This document shows, piece after piece, positions 1-9,419 of a DNA stretch of 64,000 nt. How positions within the stretch are numbered: position 1 is the stretch's first letter; each line of letters opens with the position of its first letter. The notes beneath the pieces are model-generated. The model saw only the letters and a list, made by a program, of their open reading frames with translations, did no database searches and was not told the origin of the DNA. Made by a program: the position numbers and the translations under genes. Origin of the DNA: Blastochloris viridis. Its GTDB lineage: Bacteria > Pseudomonadota > Alphaproteobacteria > UBA2136 > UBA6156. The stretch lies in NCBI GenBank assembly GCA_005768725.1, contig VAFM01000002.1, positions 70,420 to 134,419 on the forward strand. The letters are read 5' to 3'.

Positions 1-428
1 ATCGTCATGCCATAAGGGTCCGTGTTGGCCGAACCGATGCCGATCTCTCCGAGCGATGACGCCAGAGCCTGGCGCGCATGGTCAAGGCTCATCCGCAGAT
101 CACGCGGCACGTTACCGGAGGCATTCAGCATCGCCGAAGCATCAAGCGCCTCCCACAACAGGTCATGGGTGCCAATGACAAGAACCTCCGGCTTGCCAGC
201 CAGCTCGCACAGAGCGTTCGGGCTGCCACAGACACGTTTGTCCACATTGTACGGGTCGGCCAGAAAAGCCGCCGTTACGCGCTTCACCTCATACGAGGTA
301 TCAAGGCTCCGCAGTTGCGTTTGGATGGTATCAAGCCGTCCCTGAAGTGCCCGGTTCTGGGAGACATTCAGGAAGGTCAGAAAGGCGGCAACGATAAGGC
401 TGCCAATGACAAAGGAACGAAGACGCAT
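1..428 (-). CDS. Membrane-anchored protein, N-terminal part only (gene runs off the window start); possibly DUF218 / ElyC-SanA-YdcF-like
   Basis: Minus-strand ATG at 428 gives MRLRSFVIGSLIVAAFLTFL (TM helix) followed by a soluble domain; weak resemblance to DUF218. The ORF is open to the window edge. Confidence 0.35.
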   Translation of the reverse strand, partial: MRLRSFVIGSLIVAAFLTFLNVSQNRALQGRLDTIQTQLRSLDTSYEVKRVTAAFLADPYNVDKRVCGSPNALCELAGKPEVLVIGTHDLLWEALDASAMLNASGNVPRDLRMSLDHARQALASSLGEIGIGSANTDPYGMT

Positions 429-656
429 GGGTCTCTCCGGGGTACGAGGAAGTTTCAGACGCGAAAAAACAAGGTGTCATGCACATAATGTGGCGCAATG
501 TGTACACCAAACTTTGCTACGCCGCAACTACAGCTATGTTTAAACTTCGCTGCCTAACCTTTGAATAGTTATGATTTTCTCATCTTGCCGTACATCATCA
601 CACCATCTAACAACACATGAAGGATAACTAACCAACGCCACGCATAATAAAAACCC

Positions 657-1925
657 GTGTCCGCCACGTTTACCATTCTCACCCTGCTCACGCTGACCTT
701 TGCAGCTCTGACAGGACATGCCGAAAGCCCGCTCGGCATCATCGAGAATACCACCACCCACACCGACCTCTCCAATCCCCGCACCAACACTGCCCACGGC
801 CTGAAGGCTCTGGATGAAGGGCTGACCACCGAAGCCATCGCGGCATTCGAGCGCGTGCTGGCGGTCGAACCCAATAATATGGCTGTCCGCACCGAGCTTG
901 CCCGCGCCTACGCCCTGCTGGGAGATAACGCCGCCGCCGCACGGGAACTGGAAACCGTCGCCACCAGCCCGCAAACACCGGCTGGCATCAAAGATAATCT
1001 CCATTCCTACACCAGCCTGCTCACGCAAAGCCTGCGTGGCGGCCCACGCACCTATCGCGCTACGGCACAGATAGGCCTTGGTGCCGACAGCAACATCAAC
1101 ACCGCCACAAACTCCAGCTACATGGTGCTGCCCGCTCTCGCCGCCTTGGGGCCCGCCAAGCTGGATGATTCCGCCCAGACCAAATCCAGCCTCTATTCCG
1201 AAGCTTCGGCCAACCTCACCGTGCGCCAGCCGCTCTCACCCGCCTGGGCCGTCTATGCCGGCGCCGATGCCTCCCACAAACAGGCCTTTGTCTCAAACGA
1301 TTTCAACCAGTCCACCCTCAGTGCCGAAACCGGCGTACAGCACACCTCACCGGAAGGCCGCCGCCTTACCCTGGGCCTCAGCGCCCGCCAGTTCTGGTAC
1401 GGCAACGAAAGCTACTCCCAAACCTACGCCGTCACCGGAAACTGGTTTCAACCCTTGGGCGTGCACACCGCCCTTAGCACCTACGCCAGCGCCGCACACA
1501 GTCAATACCCAGACCTTCCGGCACAGGATGCCGACCGCCTCACCCTCGGCTCCACCCTCCACGCGTACTACGGCAACCTTTCGGCATACGCAGGGCTCTA
1601 TGGCGGTACCGAATCCGCCGAAGCCGACATCAATTCCCAGAATTTCCTCGGCACAACTCTGGGCGCCGAATACCTCCTCTTCCCCACCCTCTCCACCTAT
1701 ACCGAGGCCCGCTACGAACACCGCGATTACGAAGGTTACAACCCCACCTTCCTCACCACACGAGATGACAACCAGCTCGACCTCTCCCTCGGTATGGCCT
1801 ACGCCCTCTCCAGCCACTTCAGCCTTCGCCCCAGCATCGGCTACCGCTACGCCAACAGCAATATCCCCATGGCCGACTACACCCGTTGGCAAACAATCAT
1901 AGCCCTCCGGTACACACGCCCATGA
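657..1925 (+). CDS. TPR-containing outer-membrane beta-barrel protein (Slam / DUF560-like)
   Basis: Signal-like N-terminus, then TPR-like helices (AIAAFERVLAVEPNNMAVRTELARAYALLGDNAAAAREL), then about 300 aa of amphipathic beta strands rich in Y/G/S/T/A, typical of an OM barrel. GTG start with no clear SD. Stop overlaps the next start (ATGA). Confidence 0.5.
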   Translation: MSATFTILTLLTLTFAALTGHAESPLGIIENTTTHTDLSNPRTNTAHGLKALDEGLTTEAIAAFERVLAVEPNNMAVRTELARAYALLGDNAAAARELETVATSPQTPAGIKDNLHSYTSLLTQSLRGGPRTYRATAQIGLGADSNINTATNSSYMVLPALAALGPAKLDDSAQTKSSLYSEASANLTVRQPLSPAWAVYAGADASHKQAFVSNDFNQSTLSAETGVQHTSPEGRRLTLGLSARQFWYGNESYSQTYAVTGNWFQPLGVHTALSTYASAAHSQYPDLPAQDADRLTLGSTLHAYYGNLSAYAGLYGGTESAEADINSQNFLGTTLGAEYLLFPTLSTYTEARYEHRDYEGYNPTFLTTRDDNQLDLSLGMAYALSSHFSLRPSIGYRYANSNIPMADYTRWQTIIALRYTRP

Positions 1926-3466
1926 TCAAGCGTCTCGCCCTGCTTAGCTGCCTGTTGCCCGCCATTGCCTTCGCCGATTATAAAGTCGCGTTCGGCGAGG
2001 CCGACCTCACACCGGAGGTGCCTCAGCACGTCACAGGCCCGCTGGTGCAACTGCAAAGCGCAGGCGGTACCACGCTCTCTTTCCAGCAGGGCAGCCGCTT
2101 TGTTATCGGCAAGGGCAACCGCATAACACTTCTTTCCGGCAATATGCGCGTCGGCCCGGCGGGCGGAGACATGCTGCTCCTCACCCTTCCGCAAGGCCCC
2201 GCCACTGTCGCACCGCTTACGGCCCTTACCATTACCGCCAGCGCCGCCCAGGCCAGCGGCAAGGTCTATCAGGGTCAAATCACGGTATCCGATAAAACCT
2301 TCAACACCGGCCAAGGCTTTGTTCTCACCCGTAACGGTGCCGAGTCCACCTTTTCTCCTGCCCCCGCCGAAGCGCCGCAACCCACCACCGTCACCACGCC
2401 ACAGAATCAAATGCCCCAGCCGCAAACGCCTGCCGAAGAACAACCTCCTGCCCCTCAACCGGAAACCGAACAACCGCCCCAGTCCCAAGAGCCGGACGTC
2501 GTCACACCACAAGAACCTACCCCCGAACAACCGACCATCCCCACCACACCACAACCCGAGCCCGAACCACAACCCGAACCTCAGCCTGAGCCCGAAGTCC
2601 AAACCGAACCTCAACCGGAACCGCAAACACCGAGCGCTCCAGAACTTCTCGACAGCAACGTCACACTTAACAGCGCCGTCATCGGGTTCTCGCGCAATAT
2701 GTCGGAGGGCCTCACCGCGAACGCCACACAAACCAAACTGTTATTGGATAGTTTCAGCGACAACACCTTCGCCCCCAACACGGTCATCACCAACCGTTTT
2801 GCTACCTCCACCCGCCTAATGCGCGGCACCTCACAGCTTGCCGAATGGGCTTCCAATGGCAATGTCGCCGGTATTGCCCGCTGGGTCGGCGGTAGCCAGA
2901 TGGTCGTCAAAGGCTCGGCCGTCACCGAGCTTGCCAACAGCCACAGTACCGAAACCGAGAACGGCCCGCTCACCACACCACATTCGCTTCACATGGTCTG
3001 GGGCCAAACCGGTGTTGCCCCTACTCTCAACGGCACACTTAACTACACCCTCGCAGCTGCTACACAGCCAACCTATACCGATGGCACCGCCTCCGATGGC
3101 GCCCACTTCACCGGCAATCTCAGTATTACGTTCGATAAAGGCTACAGCGGCGCCATCGGGCATTACAGTTTCAATGGCGAGGTCACCATGCCCGCATCCT
3201 CGCCCGAGGCCAACGCCACCACCTACACCCTAACAACAGCGAATACACCGGTACCCTTCAATGCTGCCGCGTTTACCAGTCCAGGAGACCTCCACGTGAC
3301 CTCCACCCCTAACGCCACCGCCTGCCCCACAGGTAGCTGCACCGGCACGGTCAACATCGCGGGCTTCGGCAATGGCATGGGTACTGCTGGCGCACTCTAC
3401 ACCATCAACCCCACCGGCCCGGTCGGTATCGAAGGCGCTGCCCTCTTCACCGCCACCCCGCAATAA
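1922..3466 (+). CDS. Secreted beta-rich protein: FecR-like N-domain, Pro/Glu-rich linker (PEPEPQPEPQPEPE), Thr/Gly-rich C-domain; candidate surface protein partnered with the upstream barrel
   Basis: MIKRLALLSCLLPAIAFA signal peptide (possible lipobox LLSC). ATGA overlap with upstream gene. Low-complexity PQPE linker at 2380-2640. C-terminal 270 aa of beta-strand-like composition. Confidence 0.5.
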   Translation: MIKRLALLSCLLPAIAFADYKVAFGEADLTPEVPQHVTGPLVQLQSAGGTTLSFQQGSRFVIGKGNRITLLSGNMRVGPAGGDMLLLTLPQGPATVAPLTALTITASAAQASGKVYQGQITVSDKTFNTGQGFVLTRNGAESTFSPAPAEAPQPTTVTTPQNQMPQPQTPAEEQPPAPQPETEQPPQSQEPDVVTPQEPTPEQPTIPTTPQPEPEPQPEPQPEPEVQTEPQPEPQTPSAPELLDSNVTLNSAVIGFSRNMSEGLTANATQTKLLLDSFSDNTFAPNTVITNRFATSTRLMRGTSQLAEWASNGNVAGIARWVGGSQMVVKGSAVTELANSHSTETENGPLTTPHSLHMVWGQTGVAPTLNGTLNYTLAAATQPTYTDGTASDGAHFTGNLSITFDKGYSGAIGHYSFNGEVTMPASSPEANATTYTLTTANTPVPFNAAAFTSPGDLHVTSTPNATACPTGSCTGTVNIAGFGNGMGTAGALYTINPTGPVGIEGAALFTATPQ

Positions 3467-3547
3467 ACGTGGCCCATTGGCCCCACACCTTCTGCAAACC
3501 GAAACCCCTAAACCCACAGCTCCTTCATCGTGTGCTTTAATACGGTC

Positions 3548-4711
3548 ATGAAAAGCGCATTCCGACTCTTCTTCACCACCGAAATGTCCGGCGGCCTCGC
3601 CCTCATGGCAGCCACTGCCGCGGCACTCATCGCTGCAAACTCGTTCTTTGCGCCTGCTTACATAGCCCTGCAGAATGCATCTCTTGCCGGACATACCTTG
3701 CAGCATTGGGTCAACGACGCGTTGATGGCAGTCTTCTTCCTGCTGGTGGGACTGGAGATCAAGCGCGAAGTCCTTCTCGGCAATCTCTCAACATGGCCGC
3801 AACGCGTGCTACCGGGGCTATGTGCACTGGGTGGTATGGTTGTACCGGCGATCATCTATGCTGTTTTCAACTGGAATTCACCACATACCCTTGTCGGCTG
3901 GGCCATTCCCAGCGCAACCGATATCGCCTTCGCCCTCGGTATTCTCGCCCTTTTCGGCAAACGTATTCCGGTATCTCTCAAAGTCTTTCTCACAGCACTT
4001 GCGGTACTGGATGATCTCGGTGCCATCCTCGTTATCGCACTGTTCTATACCCCGCACGTAGCCCTCAATTATCTGCTGGCCGCAGCCGTCCTAACCATAG
4101 CTCTCATTCTTTTCAACCGCAGTAGCGTACGCCAACTCTGGCCTTATCTCGTTACAGGTGCGCTTCTCTGGTACTGTGTGTATCAATCCGGTCTTCACGC
4201 CACATTGGCGGGTGTCGTGCTGGCGCTTACCATTCCCCTGCAAACCGAAGAAGGACATAACCCGCTGCTGACGCTGGAACACGCGCTTCACCCATATGTT
4301 GCCTTCTTCATTCTGCCGGTCTTTGGTTTCATGAATGCGGGCCTCAACCTCTCCGGCCTCAGTCTGTCCAGCCTCACCCACCCGGTAACGGCAGGTATTT
4401 TCTGGGGGCTGTTCCTCGGCAAACAACTTGGCATTGGCGCGTGTTATTACGTGGCAATCACATTCTTTAAAGCCAAAAAACCAGAGTCCGCGCGTACCGC
4501 ACAGCTCTATGCCGTAGCAGCTCTTTGCGGTGTTGGCTTTACCATGTCGCTGTTTATTGGAAATCTGTCGTTTACCAATGCCGAACTACAAAACGAAACT
4601 CGCCTCGGCATCCTGCTCGGCTCACTGGCTTCAGCCTTGTTGGCCTGCCTGATTCTCACTCTCACCAAACCTTCTCGAAAACATCAGTTGCACAGCACAT
4701 CCCGTGCATAA
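3548..4711 (+). CDS. nhaA: Na+/H+ antiporter NhaA
   Basis: 388 aa, multi-TM, typical NhaA sequence (FFLLVGLEIKRE, AIPSATDIAFALGILALFG, VLDDLGAI). Confidence 0.9.
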   Translation: MKSAFRLFFTTEMSGGLALMAATAAALIAANSFFAPAYIALQNASLAGHTLQHWVNDALMAVFFLLVGLEIKREVLLGNLSTWPQRVLPGLCALGGMVVPAIIYAVFNWNSPHTLVGWAIPSATDIAFALGILALFGKRIPVSLKVFLTALAVLDDLGAILVIALFYTPHVALNYLLAAAVLTIALILFNRSSVRQLWPYLVTGALLWYCVYQSGLHATLAGVVLALTIPLQTEEGHNPLLTLEHALHPYVAFFILPVFGFMNAGLNLSGLSLSSLTHPVTAGIFWGLFLGKQLGIGACYYVAITFFKAKKPESARTAQLYAVAALCGVGFTMSLFIGNLSFTNAELQNETRLGILLGSLASALLACLILTLTKPSRKHQLHSTSRA

Positions 4712-4740
4712 AAAAGGGAGGCTATGCCTCCCTTCGTCTA
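4711..4740. terminator. Bidirectional rho-independent terminator
   Basis: AAAAAGGGAGGCtatGCCTCCCTTCGTCT; A-tract and T-tract on opposite strands. Confidence 0.5.
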
Positions 4741-4746
4741 AGCTCT

Positions 4747-5271
4747 CTAACGAGAACCCGCACTACCCCCTGCGCTGCCACTGGCACCTCCCGAGGCTCC
4801 CATGCTACCGGAACCGCTACCCGAGCCATTCACATTCGCCCCAACACCTGCTCCGACATTACCTGTCGCACCGGTATTGATGCGCCCGCCGCTGCCGCCA
4901 CGGGTATTCGTCGTGGCCTCACCGCGCACGTTTTCACTGTTACGGATGCTGCTGTAGCCAGACTGGATATCACCTGTCGCATTCAAACGTCCGCTACCCG
5001 CATTCAAACCGGTACCGACATTTAGGCGGTCACGCTGTACATCGGCATTCAGCCCGGTGCCCAGGCGTACATTACCCCCGGTACCAACACTGTTGCCCGT
5101 GGTGCCGGCACCTACGTTCACACCGCTGCCCGTTCCGGTCGTCACACCCACACCGGTTCCGGTGGTTACACCACCGCCGGCGCCAATAGTGCCACCCACC
5201 TGCGCCATCGCAGCAGGTGCCATCAGTGCCGTTGCAAAAGCAAAAGCCATAATCGTTCTGGTCGTTTTCAT
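4747..5271 (-). CDS. Secreted glycine-rich repeat protein
   Basis: Signal peptide MKTTRTIMAFAFATALMAPAAMAQ, then GTG/GVT/GSG repeats; about 40% Gly. Confidence 0.55.
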   Translation of the reverse strand: MKTTRTIMAFAFATALMAPAAMAQVGGTIGAGGGVTTGTGVGVTTGTGSGVNVGAGTTGNSVGTGGNVRLGTGLNADVQRDRLNVGTGLNAGSGRLNATGDIQSGYSSIRNSENVRGEATTNTRGGSGGRINTGATGNVGAGVGANVNGSGSGSGSMGASGGASGSAGGSAGSR

Positions 5272-5309
5272 CGTTCCGTTCTCCTCTTGTTTCGTTTCAG
5301 GAACAGTCG

Positions 5310-5516
5310 TTACAGCTTGGTCCAAACCACGCCGTAATCCTTATAAACTTTAGCACCCTCGGTCACACTGCCGGTGTCTTGGGCCTGTACCATCGTTTGC
5401 TCTTCAATCGGAGCCTCCGCTTCCGGGGCACTGGCGTATAAAATCGCCCCCGTCAGTAAAGCCGGTCCCATCATCGCTCCAACACTAAATCCAACTGTCT
5501 TGATCATAGCCTTCAT
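5310..5516 (-). CDS. Small single-TM protein (68 aa), paralogue of 5792..6073
   Basis: Shared motif G(A/L)(I/M)(L/I)(Y/A)(A/L)(S/A)APEA after the TM helix. Lies immediately upstream of the Gly-rich gene on the same strand. Confidence 0.4.
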   Translation of the reverse strand: MKAMIKTVGFSVGAMMGPALLTGAILYASAPEAEAPIEEQTMVQAQDTGSVTEGAKVYKDYGVVWTKL

Positions 5517-5620
5517 TCCCGCATGTTTCGGTTTTCAATCATCATCTGGGGGATAGTTATCGGCATAACGACGCAACAACGGATACAGTTCCCGCGGCCT
5601 GAAAAGAAGTAAGATGCAGG

Positions 5621-5651
5621 AAAAGGCCTTCCCCATGCGAAGGCCTTTTGA
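5621..5651. terminator. Hairpin with flanking A/T tracts (bidirectional)
   Basis: AAAAGGCCTTCCccatgcGAAGGCCTTTTG. Confidence 0.4.
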
Positions 5652-5741
5652 AAGTCCGAGGCCCCACACGTGCTCCCTGAATATCGGCGGGGTCTCTGTA
5701 CCTGAAACGTCCTGCGCCCAAACATCCCTGCGCACAAAACA

Positions 5742-5778
5742 GAAAAAAACGGGGAGCCATACCCAGCTCCCCGTTTTG
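5742..5778 (-). terminator. Rho-independent terminator for the 5792..6073 gene
   Basis: CGGGGAGC...GCTCCCCG; the minus strand reads hairpin then TTTTTTTCTG. Confidence 0.5.
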
Positions 5779-5791
5779 CACAAAGTTGCCT

Positions 5792-6073
5792 TTATCGGCG
5801 TGTATCACCGGTGCTAGCGGGTTCCCGCATCAGCATGGCATCCGGCATGTCGCTCCGGCTCACAGGAACAGAGCTGGAGATGGTCGATGTCGGACTACCT
5901 GCCACATGGTAACGCGGGTCATTTTTGTCCGCCGAATGGGTGCTTCGGTTCATCCCGTTCGTGCTATCCCGCATGGTTTGTGCCTCTGGTGCCAGGGCAA
6001 TCATCAGGCCACCTATGGTAAGGGCGGCCGCCCCGAACACACCTAACTTCAAGTTGTACGTACGTTGTTTCAT
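5792..6073 (-). CDS. Small single-TM protein (93 aa), paralogue of 5310..5516
   Basis: Strong SD (GGAAGGAGGAC) upstream of MKQRTYNLKL; TM helix then APEAQTM motif. Confidence 0.5.
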   Translation of the reverse strand: MKQRTYNLKLGVFGAAALTIGGLMIALAPEAQTMRDSTNGMNRSTHSADKNDPRYHVAGSPTSTISSSVPVSRSDMPDAMLMREPASTGDTRR

Positions 6074-6253
6074 AATCATGTCCTCCTTCCGTACACGCCG
6101 CTAACGGGTGGGGTATAGGGGTGTTCCTCAAACAAACTCCTCACCACCTCCCTGTAACAACACGGTAAGTAAGTTTACTGCCTAAAAACCATGCGTTTGA
6201 ATTCCGCACAAAATACACTTGCCGCCGCCAGCGTACCCGTTTAAGGTGGGCTC

Positions 6254-8041
6254 ATGTCGACTCTTCAACCTGCCGAAACCGCGCCCAAACCTGCCCCGCG
6301 CCGCTGGACGCCGGACGAAGAGGCCGCGCTAACCACCGAATTCAAATCCGGCCTGCCGATCGCCCAGATCGCCAGCATGCACGAGCGTACGGTCGGCGCC
6401 ATCACGGCCCGCTTGCAACTGATGGACCTCATCAGCTACGGCCCCTATTCCGTTCTTATCAACGCGCCGGAAGACGCCACCGATGCCACGGCACTCAGCC
6501 AGTCTGGCCAACCATGGACCGAACCGGACACCGCCCGCCTGATCGTCGCACACCATACCGGCGGCACGGCCGAAGCCATTACCGCACTGGCTGAAGAAAT
6601 GGGCCGCACCCCGCGCAGCTTGGCCCTGAAGATCGTCAACCTCGGTCTGGTCACCCCTACTCTTAACCCGAATCCCAATCCGGCCCCGCGCCCGGAACCC
6701 AAGCCCAAAGCCACCAAAGCGCCCGTTCCGGTCAGCAAACCCACCGCCGGCAAATCCATTAAAATTTCCGTCACGCCGGAGTTCCAGACCGCCTGGAACA
6801 CCATTCAGGACGACGAAAACCTACTCATTCTGGGCAGCGCCGGTACCGGTAAAAGTACCTTCCTCAAATGGCTGCGCAAGCAGTTGGAGAATCCCAAATC
6901 CGGCAAAGCCTCCTACGCCGTACTGGCACCCACCGGCATGGCCGCACTCAACGTCGGCGGACAAACCATCCATAGCTTCTTCGGTTTAAAGCGGGAGACC
7001 ATGCAAGGCGGCGACCCGTGGCACAAGCCGCGTAACGCCAAGGTCTTCAGCAGCCTCAAGGTATTGGTCATCGACGAGATCTCCATGGTCCGCGCCGATA
7101 TCTTCGACACCATCGACCGCTTCCTGCGCAAATACGGCCCCAGCTCCAAACTGCCCTTTGGCGGCGTGCAAATGGTACTGATGGGCGACCTTTGCCAGCT
7201 TCCCCCCGTCCTGCGTTCCGACGAAGCCGCCTACTTCAGCACTTTCTACCAAACCCCCTTCTTCTTCAGCTCCCACGCGTGGGAGAACGGCAATTTCGGC
7301 ATCGTGCAATTCACGCACATCTTCCGCCAGACCGACCTGCCGTTCATCGATATTCTCAACAAGGTGCGCTACGGCCAAACCAACTCCCAATTGCTGGCCA
7401 CGCTGAATGAGCGCCTCACCGATAGCCCCCCTACCGGCGCCGTCGTCCTCGCCTCGCGCAACCGCACGGTAGAAGAAATCAACGCAAAGAACCTCGAATC
7501 GCTTAAAACCCCGATTCATAAATACGAAGCCGACACCCTCGGCGATATCGACCCCAACAGCTTCACGACACCGCAAGAGCTTATCCTCAAGGTCGGCGCA
7601 CGTGTGATGTTTACCCGTAACGACCCCAACCAGCGCTGGGTCAACGGCTCGCTGGGCGAAGTCATCCACTGCGGCAAAAGCACAGTCACGGTGAAGATGC
7701 CGGACGGCGAAACCCATATTGTCGAAGCCACCAAATGGGAAGCCACCAAATACCGCGTGGACGAAACCACTAACACGCTTACACCCACGGTAGCCGGTAC
7801 GTTCACGCAAATTCCGCTCACACTGGCCTGGGCTCTCACCATCCACAAGGCGCAAGGCCAAACCCTGCCGCACTGCGTGATAGACCTGTCCGACGGCGGC
7901 ACCTTCGCCGAAGGCCAGCTTTATGTCGCCCTCTCCCGCGCCCGTAGCTTAGAAAGCGTCCACCTCACCGCCCCCATCCAGGCCCGCCACATCAAAACCA
8001 ACCCGGCAGTCCTCAGCTTCTACCAGCACCTGCTGGCTTAA
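6254..8041 (+). CDS. PIF1/RecD-like ATP-dependent DNA helicase with N-terminal tandem HTH-like repeats
   Basis: Walker A LLILGSAGTGKST; VIDEISMV; LMGDLCQLPPV; C-terminal LAWALTIHKAQGQT (helicase motifs). N-terminal has two W-T-x-(D/E)-E...IA...RT repeats. Confidence 0.8.
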   Translation: MSTLQPAETAPKPAPRRWTPDEEAALTTEFKSGLPIAQIASMHERTVGAITARLQLMDLISYGPYSVLINAPEDATDATALSQSGQPWTEPDTARLIVAHHTGGTAEAITALAEEMGRTPRSLALKIVNLGLVTPTLNPNPNPAPRPEPKPKATKAPVPVSKPTAGKSIKISVTPEFQTAWNTIQDDENLLILGSAGTGKSTFLKWLRKQLENPKSGKASYAVLAPTGMAALNVGGQTIHSFFGLKRETMQGGDPWHKPRNAKVFSSLKVLVIDEISMVRADIFDTIDRFLRKYGPSSKLPFGGVQMVLMGDLCQLPPVLRSDEAAYFSTFYQTPFFFSSHAWENGNFGIVQFTHIFRQTDLPFIDILNKVRYGQTNSQLLATLNERLTDSPPTGAVVLASRNRTVEEINAKNLESLKTPIHKYEADTLGDIDPNSFTTPQELILKVGARVMFTRNDPNQRWVNGSLGEVIHCGKSTVTVKMPDGETHIVEATKWEATKYRVDETTNTLTPTVAGTFTQIPLTLAWALTIHKAQGQTLPHCVIDLSDGGTFAEGQLYVALSRARSLESVHLTAPIQARHIKTNPAVLSFYQHLLA

Positions 8042-8883
8042 GGGCTAATCTTAAAATCAATAACTAGACCAAAGTGGTCACTCTGGCCATCGTACCAGCG
8101 ACGAATAGACTTTACATCTAAACCCTTCGCACTCAGCACATGGTCAATCGGAACCGCCGGAACGTCCGGACGATACGTCGGCAACCAACTGAAGTACGCG
8201 TTGAGGTGGGGATTGTCCCACAATGGCCACATCGCGGGGTCCCACGGCACAGCATTAAAGTCACCCACCACGAGCGTATCTTTTGGCAGCACCATCGCGG
8301 CCAGTTCATGTAAAAACTGATTTCGCAGCGGTACCGCATCGGCAAACAAAGGCGCCATGGGGTGAATAACAAACACATGAAATGCCTGCGGCGCCATAAC
8401 CTTATACAGCGCAAGTCCATCACCTTCGGTACCATCATGCCCTACCCGCTCCAGCGGCCACCGGCTGGCCAGCATGATGTGGTCATCATAGATAATCCGG
8501 CCCTCACGCAAACCCACTTTATGCAAAACACGGTACGGATAATCACCAAACTCAATCCCGCCCATCCGTTGTACCCACGCCGTATCCGCCTCCACCAGCG
8601 CAATGACATCCGGATTCTGCCGAAGCAGAGCAAGGCTTTGCGCAGCCCTGTCCGGTCCCTGAATCAACGCATTCAAAAACACGACGCGCTGCGTACCATG
8701 GGGTTTTTCCGGCACACTTCTTTTCAACACCGGCCAGTAGCTGGCGCCCAGATAAAACACACCCACCGCGACCAAAAGCACCACTCCTACCCAATAACCA
8801 CGCATCAGGCATACGCAAAGCATCAAAGCACCTAACAATGGTAGCGCTATGCTCAGCCCTAATGTGGCAAACCAAAGCATCAC
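8038..8883 (-). CDS. Membrane-anchored endonuclease/exonuclease/phosphatase (EEP) family protein
   Basis: Two N-terminal TM helices; EEP motifs (VIALVEADT, LVVGDFNAVPW, SDHFGLVIDF). Overlaps the helicase stop by 4 nt. Confidence 0.75.
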   Translation of the reverse strand: MMLWFATLGLSIALPLLGALMLCVCLMRGYWVGVVLLVAVGVFYLGASYWPVLKRSVPEKPHGTQRVVFLNALIQGPDRAAQSLALLRQNPDVIALVEADTAWVQRMGGIEFGDYPYRVLHKVGLREGRIIYDDHIMLASRWPLERVGHDGTEGDGLALYKVMAPQAFHVFVIHPMAPLFADAVPLRNQFLHELAAMVLPKDTLVVGDFNAVPWDPAMWPLWDNPHLNAYFSWLPTYRPDVPAVPIDHVLSAKGLDVKSIRRWYDGQSDHFGLVIDFKISP

Positions 8884-9410
8884 TGCGTCAGCATCTCCAT
8901 CATGCCGTCATTCCACTGGTGCACAATGTCCCCCATATCCGGGCTCTGCATACCTTCGGCACCGGCCAGTTTCAGTACCTCGGCAGGCGGCACGGTCCCG
9001 CGCGATTTCCGCAGAATCCGACCCTTCACAATACTTTCGGCCACAACGGTCTGCTTCCGTAAAAACGTGTGTTTAACAAAGAACGACTTCTCATTCCACC
9101 CCAGCACTTGGGTGCGAATGACAAACCGCTGCCCCAGCGTCAACGGCTTGCGATAACGCACGGTCTGTCCTTCCACGATCAAGAAATACTTATGCTTCTT
9201 CAATTGGTCCCATAACCCACACCGGATCACCAGATCCGCCCGACTGATATCCGTGAGGTTCAAATACCGCGAATTATTCATGTGATTGTAAATGTCCAGA
9301 TCCGCCGGCCAGCACAAAAACGGCACATCCACAGCATCCATAAAGTGCACCTTGCTCCGAAACCGCACGACAATAAAAAAGTAAATCAGGCGCAACCACC
9401 GGTTCATCAA
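8880..9410 (-). CDS. Acyl-CoA thioesterase (hotdog / 4HBT family)
   Basis: Hotdog-fold pattern (DLDIYNHMNNSRYLNL ... VRYRKPL ...); 4-nt overlap with the EEP gene. Confidence 0.65.
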   Translation of the reverse strand: MMNRWLRLIYFFIVVRFRSKVHFMDAVDVPFLCWPADLDIYNHMNNSRYLNLTDISRADLVIRCGLWDQLKKHKYFLIVEGQTVRYRKPLTLGQRFVIRTQVLGWNEKSFFVKHTFLRKQTVVAESIVKGRILRKSRGTVPPAEVLKLAGAEGMQSPDMGDIVHQWNDGMMEMLTQ

Positions 9411-9419
9411 TAATCCTTT

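Noticed and set aside
540-1028. 162-aa minus-strand ORF
   Set aside because: Antisense overlap with the start of the barrel gene; no SD; Gly/Arg-rich composition produced by GC bias.
1078-1902. 274-aa Pro/Thr/Ser-rich ORF
   Set aside because: Alternate frame inside the TPR/beta-barrel gene 657-1925. Its low-complexity composition is typical of an out-of-frame GC-rich translation.
2380-2640. Possible tandem DNA repeat (CCGAACCnCAACC...)
   Set aside because: It is the coding sequence of the PEPQPE linker: an imperfect codon-level repeat, not a non-coding array or CRISPR.
2319-2819. 166-aa Pro/Asn-rich ORF
   Set aside because: Alternate frame across the PQPE linker region of the 1922-3466 gene.
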